36,598 nucleotides of DNA from Trypethelium eluteriae (lineage: Eukaryota): assembly GCA_051942245.1 (NCBI GenBank), contig JAVECL010000200.1, positions 1 to 36,598 of the forward strand, read 5' to 3'. A program made the position numbers and the translations under genes. How positions within the stretch are numbered: position 1 is the first letter of the stretch; each line of letters starts with the position of its first letter. The notes beneath the pieces are model-generated. The model had not been told where the DNA came from and made no database searches. It saw only the letters and a list, made by a program, of their open reading frames with translations. Positions 8,995 to 19,457 of this stretch are shown here, one piece after another.

Positions 8995-11686
8995 TTACTC
9001 GCCCCTCCTACGCTTCGGCGTAGCGAGCAGATTCAATCTTGCCTGACTCAGAACGGCAGACGTTCTCTTCCCTGCCTTCGCGCTGCCCCTTACACCACCC
9101 AACTTCGGAAGCCTGGTGGGCGTCTTCGCCTTCTTCACCTCACCCCTGTGCATTCCCTTTTCTGCGTTCCCGTCGCTGTCGCTGCGCCTGATTTTCTTGG
9201 TAGGTCGCGTCTCAGGTGAATCGGAAGAGACGGGGATGTCGAAGATAGATCGTGTAGCTGAAGGAGTAGTCACAGTAGTAGTAGCGGTGGTATTCTCCTT
9301 ATCCTCGTCTTCCTGTTCGGTCGAAGAAATTTTGCGCTTCCTGCCTTGGCTTTTACCAGCACCGCCGGTCTTGGCATCTGTCGCGTTAGTAGGTTTGCTA
9401 TGAGACGGCGCAGGCGCGATGCTCGGGCGCACATGGCGGATGGTGGGTTTCATGAGGGCGGGCGACTGTGGTGTAGCCGTCTTTCGATTGGCACTGGGTG
9501 CAGGAGGACCGAAATTGATGGGATCGCCGACACGGAAGGTAAAAGTCCCTGGAACGGTCGGAGCAGGAGAGCTCATCTGGGTATCTTCTTCGGATACAGT
9601 CGATCCACCAGCTGGCCGGAGGTCCGGATATTCCGGCTGAATGCTCGAGTGCGCTTCAGACGGCAACGGGTCTCTTGTTGGGAGAGATGGCCAGGTAATG
9701 TCCATCTTCTCTGAAACCTTAGAACGGGCCTTGATGGGAGAGGGAGAGCCAATCGCGCGCTTCTCAACAGCAGGGCTGTTGTCAAAATCGACGTGCTTCT
9801 TGACTGAAGGTACAGTCGGTGGCTCTTTCGGTCCAGTTGGTTTGATGATGCTGCGTGGCGGCGTAGCTGCCGGTACGTGCGTACCCGCGGCGATTTTGAA
9901 AGGATCATCAGAATATAGACGCTGTGGGGAGCGCAGGATAGATTTCATTGCTGAGCCGGCACCTCGAAGGGCAGCAAAGCGATTGCGGAGAGACGATGAT
10001 GGTACAGTGGGTGTCTGCCCCGGCTTTGTCGGTTGCATAAACGGAGAGTTTTCAACAGTAGCAATTTTGGCAGGGGTACGCGAGAGCAGCGGGACTTTCG
10101 ACGTCTGCCCGGACTGGTCAGATTGGTCCTGCTGATGTAGTACTGCCTTCTTAGAAGGAGATCGAGATAGTAGTGGAGTGGACGGTTCCTGTAATTCCTC
10201 TCCATCGTCAGTAGTCGAATGCTTGACGGGCTTCTTCGCAGGCGACCGAGAGAGTAACGGTGTAGCAGAGCCACTTTCCCCCTCGTCAGAGAACTGTTGT
10301 CCCACGGGTTTTTTGGACGGTGAGCGGGCAAGGAGAGGAAGCTCAGAATTTCCATCATGCGATTCTGTGTGAGCGGAAATGCTTTTCTTCGAAGCAGATC
10401 TTGCGAGAAAAGAAGTCGTGTTAGACTTGCCACTGGAACACTCGGTCGTCGAAGGCTTTGAAGGAGACCGGGCAAGTGAGGGAATTCCGCTTTTGACTGA
10501 TTTGGCGCTATCTGATCGAGCCAGGGAAGACTTCGTGGGAGTTGTGGCAACGGCAGGCAAATGAGAGTCGTGACTATGAACGTGAAGGGTCTGCGGCGGC
10601 CGATGAGTGTCACGAGAGACCGAACATGGGGCGATGGTCTCTTCTTCGTGGTGGGCTTTGACGCGCTTCAAAGGACTAGCTGCTTCGAGGCCGCTGGTCT
10701 TGACTTTGAATTCTGTAGGCTTAGTATTGTACTTTCCCTCTTCTGACGCATCATTGTCATTCTTGGACTTGTTGCGTTTCATTTCCTTCATTGTGGACGA
10801 TTCTGACTTATCCAGGCCTGCCTTCGAACTGGTTCGCTTGAGGGAGGGCTCGCCTTGCTTGAAACGATTTGGGTCTGCACGAAAAGAGGATGCATGATTC
10901 GCGATAGAGTCCATCTTTCTGAACTCTGCTATGTGTGCATCGCTAAATCGTCCCGCTTTGCCTTTGGGCGTGGCAATCTTGCGCTGTATTTCTTCTTGGA
11001 CACTGGGTAGAGCCGAACCCTCAGTAGACATTTGAGCACGAATTTTGGTAGCTTCCTCACGCGTTTCAGCCATCATCTTCTTAGCGCCTGGACTCAACTC
11101 CAATGAAGGATGCCGAAATGTGAATTGGAACCCCGGGGGACTGAAAGTTCCTGGGATTCTGCCAACCTTCGTAGGTGTATTCTGTAGCATGGGAATCTTG
11201 CTGCTGCCTTTTGGTGGTTCTGTCAGGGATCCCTTATCCATGAAACCTAGCCAGCGTGCCTCTTCCATCGGCTTAGCCGTCGTTGATTGGTAGTGACCTG
11301 GGTGCATTTCTTCGGGCTCTGGTCGAATCGGTGTATTTTGAGTAGGTGTTTCCTGAACGTCGACAGCATCATTGAGAGGAACAGTAGTTGTCTTTGCAGG
11401 CTTAGCGACAGTCTCTCCTGATTCTTCGGTTTCGGGTACAGAGTCCAAGTTGGTTTTCTCTGGCGCGTGAGCATCTTCTGGGAAAGCCCCAGGAAACTGA
11501 GAAGTGGCCTGTTAGCTGTCAGCTTCGCTGACTAGACAGATATTGATCAAGAAGAGGAGTGCAGCTCGTTTCTGGATGTATGAAAACCATTGATATATGC
11601 GAATGGGATACTGCGCTTCTTACCTTTGGTGTGGTACTACGCTTCCTCAGTCGCGCTGAGGAACGCCTGGTTGTTGGACGAGCCAT
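8995..11686 (-). CDS. Large basic, S/T/P-rich disordered protein; candidate NuSAP-like mitotic/microtubule-associated protein
   Basis: Exon 1 11624-11686 (MARPTTRRSSARLRKRSTTPK) ends at GTAAGA donor; two in-frame CAG acceptors (exon 2 starting at 11508 or 11496, branch points GCTGAC and GCTAAC) lead into the 817-aa ORF ending at TAA 8995-8997. CDS existence is secure; function is inference (see findings). Confidence 0.85.
10062..10487 (-). repeat. Six protein-level repeats of consensus P-L-L-[AS]-R-[ST]-P-[SA]-K-K
   Basis: IPSLARSPSKP, TSFLARSASKK, LPLLARSPSKK, TPLLSRSPAKK, TPLLSRSPSKK, VPLLSRTPAKI at ~24-29 aa spacing in the translated ORF. Confidence 0.85.
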
Positions 11687-11826
11687 TGCGGCTCTGAAGA
11701 ATGGATAGCGCAGTCAAAAGTGAAAGTAGATCTTGGCCAATGCTCCTTGGGAAATTAGGGATCTGGGAAGCGAAGGTTCGAAGTTGGGTGGGTGGATGGG
11801 TAGGATGTTTGGGCTGCACGTCATTG

Positions 11827-11835
11827 GTAAACAAA
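11827..11835. promoter_or_regulatory. Candidate forkhead (Fkh/Sep1-type) binding site GTAAACAAA
   Basis: Exact match to the forkhead consensus ~140 bp upstream of the ATG at 11686; adjacent inverted CCAAT box and a CGCG-rich element at ~11858-11865. Confidence 0.35.
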
Positions 11836-12324
11836 AACAATCGTCGGTCACCGATAAGCGCGCGTCAGGCTAGCTTCGAACTCTAAAACCGATAACCAAG
11901 ATTAGATTATCAAGGTAATACTGATAGACAGGCACTTCGGTACGGATTACCTTGTAATTGTTTACACCAGCTGCTAATCTGTTTATTTTGCAATCCAATC
12001 TCAGGCACAAAATATTTGTGAACTCTTCAAAACTTGTCTTGCATTGATCGAAAAAGAAGACATCTATTATTTCAGATACCACCAAGTTGAGATTCCCAGA
12101 GCTCGCCCTGATGCTCCACATATGCAAATAATTGAATCTCGCCAGCCTTGCCCCAAAAATCTAAGCTCTAATCCAAACTCCCATGTCGTGAAGATCCCAC
12201 ACATGCGCAGCATATTAGAAAGACTCTTCGGAGCACAATTGCTTGAAATCCAAGGAGAGAGAAATATGAACAAGGGAAAGAATTGACCACTTGGTACCCT
12301 CTAAATCGCGGGACATTCTGGCCT

Positions 12325-14337
12325 CTAAAGGCCTGAGTCATCCTTGTCGTAAGGATGTGGTCCATTCCACCACTTTTTCCAGCTATCACAACCGCTATTG
12401 AAACTGCTCAAGTCCCCAATTGTTCCTAATATATCCTCTTTTCTCTCTAAAAATTGCAACGAGAACCCTTGACCTACGTGCCAGGCAATATGACAGTGCA
12501 TTAGCCAGGCACCTGGGTTATCAGCCGGAAAACCAAGGATTAGGTAGCCCTTGCCGGGCAATAACGCGGTATCGCGACGCGGCGGGTTGACGAACTTGAG
12601 ACCAGATGAGTCTCCATTCCAAACTCCGGGCCCGGATCCAAGAATATAAAAATCATGTCCGTGCAGATGAATAGGATGAGGGACCTCTACTGGGTCAGAT
12701 TGCACACTCTGAATTATCCAGAAACTCCATTTATTCGTCTCTCCCACTTCGAAGACGTTCATGTCATCAGTATAATTTGTGTCACTGTCAATGACATACT
12801 GCAATGTAGGTCGTGACCAATCGACATCAATTCCGGAGCCGTTGATCAACCACTGCACAAGCGGACCTTTGACCGTTTGCGAGACATTGAAATCCATTGA
12901 TAAATACTGGAGAGCAGACGAGAATTGATCTTGAGGAACAGTATTGGATACGTAAGGCGTCACAGCCATATCGGCGCAACCCATTGGTGGTGTGATTCCC
13001 GTTGTCGTTGGATCAGCTTCGTTGGCGCCTTCGTACGATAGAATGGCTTTGACATTCCCTTGATTTGCGTTCTTACTGCAGGCCGTATCCGTATCTGCAC
13101 GAATCCAGTAATTGGCTGCAGCTTGACTGGCGTCAACTACAACGTCATAGCGTTGACCAGTAGCCAACGCTAGGTACTGGGAGGTGAATGGCTTTATCGG
13201 AACGAAGTCGGAGGCTATGACAGTCATGTTGTGCCCGTCAATAGTGACCACGAGATGCTGATTGACTGAGGTATTTACGAAGCGGATGCGATATTTCTTC
13301 CCTTTCTGGACCTTGACCTTGTTGTACGATCCTTTCGTGCCATCCGGGCTCTTCATTGTCCCATTGATAAGGCCGTTATCTGGTATAGGAGCTTGGATGC
13401 CAGTGTGCATGACCCTATAGTTAAGCGCGAAGGCCGTATCATAAAACCAATCTGTGAGGGCCATGGGACCAAGGTCAACGTCGTAGTTCGAGGTTGCAGG
13501 GCCGTTGATGACAATGTTTCCAACCACCCCTTCACCGTACTGTATAGAGTGATGGCTATGATACCATGTTGTTCCGAACTGGGTGCATTGGATACGGTAT
13601 TGCTTCGTTTGGCCAGGCGCAATGGGGCCTAAGTGAGGTGTCAGTCTGATTCATTTAAAAATTTTGTGACTTTATCAAGGGGCAGACTAGATAGTTCCCT
13701 ACATTCAGTAACGCCGTTGGCGCCGTCTTGCTGACAAGAGTTAAGCTGCCTCAAGCCATGCCAATGTATACTGGTTCTGCAGCTTGTTAGCGCTTGCGGA
13801 TGCTGCCGATTAAATCGACCTACCCATTGTCTGATAGACTATTTTTGACATTGATAACGAAGGTATCCCCCCAATCTAGACAATTAGTTGGAGAACTGCC
13901 AGACGGACTGTTGCACTCACTCGCAGTCAAAGTAGGGCCTGGATATTGATTATTAACCAACTGGACCATCCGGCTAACGCCTGCAATCTCCATGGTAGTG
14001 TTTGTGACCTCAAGATTATACTATTTTGTCCGATTAGTGGCATGCATCTTCAGTTTGGTTGGAAACTTACCTCAACGACCTTGCCTGCTGGCGGTAATTT
14101 GGCGTCAAAATCAGTAGCAATGCTAAAGCCGCTTTGCCAACAAGCTCTAGTAAGAGGTCCATTTGTGCATGCTGAGTCCGGAACTCTCGTTGAAGTGGCG
14201 GCGGCACCCGTAGAGGTGGCTTGACGAGCTAATAGCTCCCCATTCTCTCCCGCAATGACCTCAAAGGGGAGGGCGGCAGGACCTGCCAGTGCTGGGAGCA
14301 CGAGAGCAGTATAGAAAAGAAATCGAACACCCAGCAT
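12325..14337 (-). CDS. Secreted laccase (multicopper oxidase, AA1, ascomycete type)
   Basis: ATG 14337 (CACCATG) with signal peptide; exons 14071-14337, 13921-14020, 13824-13875, 13703-13776, 12325-13628 joined by GT-AG introns. All four copper motifs present: HWHG, WYHSH, HPIHLHGH, HCHIAWH; ends in the ascomycete laccase C-terminus DSGL-stop. Confidence 0.95.
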
Positions 14338-15379
14338 GGTGATTACAATGATGGGAAACAAAGGTCAGAATGAAAGACGAAAGATGCAAGTGGCAAAAGT
14401 GCCAACGTTACGATCGAGAAACTAAAGATGATAATGAAATCGTACCGTGTTAAAGACATGGTGAAATGATGATACTTATAGCGAACAGCAATCTCTGCTT
14501 TCTCGAGGACTCTTCCGTGCCCAGGCACACAGAACTGCCGTGGCTGAGTTAGTTCTAAGTCCAGGCCTACGATCAACGCCTTTAGAATTCGAATTCTTCG
14601 CTTGCCTGATTGGCATTGCTTGAAGTTCGGAATGAAGGTGGCAAGCCCATAGGAAGGCGGCTGAAGCCAAGACGGAGTTCGCAGGCCGGCAGTAGGAGAA
14701 CACTAACGGTAGGTTAACTCTCAGGAGGAGCACTGGCGGCAAAGCCTTTGGCCCTACTTTCGTGTCTTGGAACCGATTCCAGTCCAGCTCAGTCCGACGA
14801 GGCTACGCTCAAGGTGAGAAAGCTGAGAAAGAGCATGATCTACTACGGAGGGTAACAATGCGATCCTCCCAGTGAGGCAGCTCTAACCCACCAGTCTAAT
14901 TCGATCGGGGAAGACTTTCTCTTGTCATGGCGGTGTCAGTCCGTGCACTCTTGAGAGCGACCCTCTAGTCAAAATGAAGACTTGACCATCGAAGTTGGTA
15001 CTCGGCAAAGCGTGGTTCTCCAATGGTGGTTCCAGCCGCAGTAGGCTTGGCAGTTGGCACCTCTTCCTTCAGGGCAGAATTTTACATCTCGTGCCAACGC
15101 TGGGCTTCCCGGCTCCCCAGTGACAAGACCCGTGACAAGACCCGGTGTGCCATAACATCTTCTTTCAGCAGGCTGCTTAGTTGAGAGTCTTGACGTACCA
15201 ATTGTGGCATTGCCATCCCGCAAGATGTGTAATCACGGTGGTGAGAGTACCGATTACAGAAGAAAAGTTCCGGCTCACTAGCGCGTCTTAGCGCGCCACG
15301 CTTTGTCTTCAGCCGAGCACGTGCACTTTCGAACAAACCTCTTCGAACTACAGAGTCCGCAACACCACTGATATCTGCT

Positions 15380-16168
15380 ATGGCGAGCGAAAGGTCAATA
15401 ATCGCAGAGGCAGAGAGCCATGCTGTGAATGATCCCTTAAGCAGCAAAGCTGATAGGAAGAAAAGCCACAAGAAGCGCAAAGGGGATCAGGACGGGAGCA
15501 CTCCGAAGAAAAAACGACGCACTGGAAATGCGGCCGCAAATCCAAATCATTCTTACCCTCTTTCGCAACCTCTGTTCTTTCTAGAAACATATTCCTTATG
15601 GCTACCTGTCTCGCCCGTCTCGTACTCTCGAGCGTTGGAAGGCTCCTGCGCGGAGTATTTGTCTCCTCTGTTGTTGACATACTATCAACCTTTCCGGGGC
15701 ATCGTATTGTCATATGAAAATGCAAGATTATCGGACACCTTAAATCATTCGGCTTCTGTTTCCACAACAATTCTAGCAAAGTCTTCCGATGAATATGCAG
15801 GCAGTTTTGTCTGGCTTACCGCAGATTTTGTCATCTTCCGACCGCGTAAAGGAGCGTCAATTAATGGCTGGGTGAACATACAGGCCCAAAGTCATTTGAG
15901 TCTGATATGCTGGAATCTCTTTAACGCAAGCATTCCTCGCAAACGGCTCCCTCGAGATTGGACATGGAAAGCAGATCCCCAGTCTTCCAACAATGGTGAT
16001 GGCCATCATCAGAGACGACTGCATACGAGCACGGGACATTTTGTCAATGCTGCTGGCGAGGAGGTGAGAGAATGGCTGAATTTCAGAATTCAGAATATTG
16101 AGGCAGCGAGAACTACTGGCAAGGAGAGAGGTTTCGTGAGCATTCACGGGACATTGTTGGACGACTAG
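15380..16168 (+). CDS. RPA43: RNA polymerase I subunit A43
   Basis: Intronless 262 aa; Lys-rich N-terminus, then YLSPLLLTYY..F.GIVLSY, FVWLTADFVIFRP..G..I.GWVNIQ..SHLSLICWNLFNASIP typical of Rpa43. Confidence 0.9.
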   Translation: MASERSIIAEAESHAVNDPLSSKADRKKSHKKRKGDQDGSTPKKKRRTGNAAANPNHSYPLSQPLFFLETYSLWLPVSPVSYSRALEGSCAEYLSPLLLTYYQPFRGIVLSYENARLSDTLNHSASVSTTILAKSSDEYAGSFVWLTADFVIFRPRKGASINGWVNIQAQSHLSLICWNLFNASIPRKRLPRDWTWKADPQSSNNGDGHHQRRLHTSTGHFVNAAGEEVREWLNFRIQNIEAARTTGKERGFVSIHGTLLDD

Positions 16169-16554
16169 AGACAGAATGATAAACCGTCCTATTTAGGTGG
16201 CGTTAAGTCAGGGAGCACGATCTGCATCTACGTCGAGTATGACGCTTGGTCTCATGATGAATTGGTCGGCTTGCAGTGTGGAGATCCGGCTAAAACTCAC
16301 AGGTATAGATTAGATTCGCTTGTTTATTTAGAAGGAATAGAGATACCCCAAGTCGTTTTTTATAGAGTTGCAACTTAGTTGCTGCGAAGAAGAATCCCTC
16401 CGTTTCGGACTCTTTCAGAAAAGTAGTTGGATAGCATTCTCAAATCCAGAAATGTGAAGATGGGACACTTGTTAATGGAGTTTGTTTAATTTCATTAAAG
16501 TCGTACTGATCGCCCCGGCTCAACCTTCCTCAACGTCCAGTGGTGGGGTCTCCC

Positions 16555-16794
16555 CACGCGGTTGTCAGAAAAACCCGCACACCAAAACTGGGGGGTGCTT
16601 CATACGCAGTAGACAGAAAAGATAACATATGTACATTAGGCTTGTCTGCTATTACATAGGTAGTCACCACCTTTTAAACTCAAGAGATCATCGAATAATA
16701 TTTTTTTCCCTGTAGAGGCAGTCTACAGGCGTGGCTGCTTTTCTGGCGAGGCACCCCCCAGTTTCGGTGTGCGGATCTTTTTGTCAACCGCGTG
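16555..16794. mobile_element. Non-autonomous TIR element (MITE-like), 240 bp, with 6-bp TSD TCTCCC
   Basis: 47-bp terminal inverted repeats 16555-16601 and 16748-16794 matching at 41/47 positions (CACGCGGTTG...TGGGGGGTGC); flanked on both sides by TCTCCC (16549-16554 and 16795-16800); AT-rich non-coding interior. Confidence 0.85.
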
Positions 16795-16932
16795 TCTCCC
16801 ATAGCTCGCGTAAGCGCGCGGGTCTTATTTTCCGTCGACTTTATTCACTTTTCGTTCCTGCTACCTTTTTCTCTAGCAGCCAACTTCATGATCAAACTAC
16901 TTTTTGAGATGCTCCGTTGAGCATCAAGAGTC

Positions 16933-19037
16933 ATGAGGGTTCAACTCAGTATTCATCGGCAAGAGCTGCCACCTGCAGATTTGTTATGGAGCCTGCCAAA
17001 TGATCGGACAGGCCCGACCACTATTGCCCAACTTATTGAGGATGTCAATAACGTCGTTCCACTTGAGTCGGAGCATTGGGGCTTAGAGGATTACGTTCTC
17101 CAGTTGGGGAGGTACGAGTGTCTACATTTTTCGCGCGTGCAAGAGCTCTTCAAGGATAACGACCGTCTTACGTAGGTGCATGCTTGCCTTGACACCTTTT
17201 GCACGAATTTACTAATTCTGTGACCAGTATTCGACCCCTCCAAACGCAAGATCTCCGCGCTAGAACCCTGTCCGGTCGTCACCAAATCACAGCTGATGGC
17301 AAACATTTGTATGATGGCATTCCGTTTGGTCGACCTTACCTGAAGCGTCCCGTGAGACCTGAGATCCACATACCAAGTCGTCGTGAATGTTTACCAACAA
17401 CCACCAACGATGATGGGGACACTGTGACTGGTGTAATAAACAGCTCAGCCACGGAAGGAATGCATTCACCTCAGGAGATAGGACAGATCGCCTTCAAAGA
17501 AGGGGAAGTGGATAATAATCCATTAGCGCTCACAGATGGATCAACCGAGGAGCGCCGAGTCCACTTCATGGGCGAAGATCACGGCCAGACGCAAGCAATC
17601 GCCGGTGTCACTTCGGATAGTGAAGCATCTGAGGACTATAGCCCTTCACAGACAGACTCCGATGACGAAGAAGACGAGATTAAAGATACAGACGAGATCA
17701 GCTCGAGCTCAGATACGACGTCAGATACTTCGACGGACGGTTCCTCCAGTACAGAGAGTTCCGAGGCTGAGACTCATTTGGTTGGGCAGGTTAATGGAGG
17801 AACCTTGATGAAGGATGACTCGGTCTGCTTAACACAATCTGTGCACCAGGCAGCACCAGCGCAGCATACTCAAACCAGAAACCCCCCGGGACAGGGCAAA
17901 AATGCTACGAAGGCAAGGAATTTGAGAAAGAAAAAGGCTAAGACATTGATAAAATACAAGCAGGTAGGAGCTTTGCATCCCAATGCCAATCTTGAATCTC
18001 TGAAACGCATCTTACCCTCGCTCGGGCAGCATGATCCTGAAGGAGAAGCATCCGATACCGACCGAGGGACTACGGGCGATGCAGTCAGACGTGCAGAGGA
18101 TGCGTCCCCGATTGAGCAGCCACATGTACTTGATGGCTCCCCTCAGCCTCTCATACAACCGAAAATTAACGGTCTGCCGCGTTACCCCGAAGTGAAAGGT
18201 GCGGAAGTCAGAAATGGTGACATTTCAAACACCGGTAATATGCCTTCTGAATATGTTTCTGAGCAATCCAACAAGCCTCACATCCGTCCCTTTAGACTTA
18301 ATATGCCAGCAGCCAATCGCCTGATTTGCGGCTCGCTCGGCATCAAAACTAAGAAGACGACGGTCATCGGCCCCTCCGTGTCAAATTCCGGAGGTGAAGA
18401 CCAAACGCGAGAGGCTCACCCTCAGCCTGTAGGACATCCTGGCCCTCGCGAGCAGTCTGAAAGTTCTTCCGGACAACCACAGTCACCTTCTGAGCTAACC
18501 CCAGTCTCACAAGATCCCGATTATTGGCAATCCAAGATCAATCTTATGGCCCGAGAATGTGTCTTACCAAACCATACACCTCGAGTCCCAAGCTTTCCCT
18601 ACCACCACCCCTTACCTCCGCCATCTGTTGTAGGAAAGCGCAAGCGCTTGCAAAAACATGGCGACTCCCATGTAACACTGCTCCCTTATGACGAAGAGGA
18701 TATTGAAGTGGAGATCGAAGAGCGCCCAACAAAAACTCGGCGCATCGATACCGCTTTTCCCGACTTCCCGACTGACATGGGTTCCCTCCCAGCCTTGACA
18801 CGCGATAACATCGGCGTAGGCCAGATCATCGCTTTCCATCTGATGGAGCTAGTCGATGGCTGTCCCGAGATCGGCACCAAATACCACATGGCAAAGGTTG
18901 TGAATCTTACGACGCATGGAAACGAACTGGAGTTAGAAATGGCTGAAGAATTTGTTACACAAATGCATGAGGTGACTGAGGAAGGCACCATTAAACTTGA
19001 ACTTCACAGCATTATTGAGCCGAGACTCATTGCTTAG
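16933..19037 (+). CDS. Coilin-like protein (Mug174/coilin architecture)
   Basis: Exons 16933-17171 and 17228-19037; intron 17172-17227 (GTAGGT...ACTAAT...CAG). Globular N-terminal domain (TIAQLIEDVNNVVPLE...LEDY...YECLHF), acidic Ser-rich linker, basic GKNATKARNLRKKK, and C-terminal LPAL...VGQIIAFHLMEL...PEI...Y..AKV resembling the coilin Tudor-like domain. Confidence 0.8.
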
Positions 19038-19457
19038 AGTTTGTCGATTGCCCAGGTTCCCAATGCCTTCTCGGAAGGGTTGCTCCTGATCTTAAGTTAC
19101 TAGTGATACCCAAAAATACTTAATCTTCTGTAGCTATTAAGTATGAGATGCATCCCTCATTGGTGTGAAACTGTAGTACAATATCTGAGGATGAAAAATC
19201 TCGTTTGACACGCTCCTGGGGCCTTTAAATTCTGCACTTCAGAAGAGACCATATATCACTTAGATGGCATAGTTGAAATGCGCTTGTAAAACCACCAAGT
19301 ATTTCGAGAGGGCGTAGTGAACCTTATAGAACCACTTGAATATTTGCAAGTGGATGGTGATATCTGCCTAAAATTCAATACCTACCGGACTATTCCAGTG
19401 GTAGATGCTGCGGTTAGGTCTATAATGTCATTAGATATCCCAGCTGGCTCCGTAAAA

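Noticed and set aside
11870..12320. Short ORFs downstream of the laccase
   Set aside because: AT-richer terminator/promoter region; ORFs overlap on both strands with no motifs.
14944..14950. TGCACTC metal-response element upstream of the laccase
   Set aside because: Single 7-mer ~600 bp upstream; expected by chance.
15120..15143. 12-bp tandem duplication GTGACAAGACCC x2
   Set aside because: Two copies only; ordinary slippage duplication.
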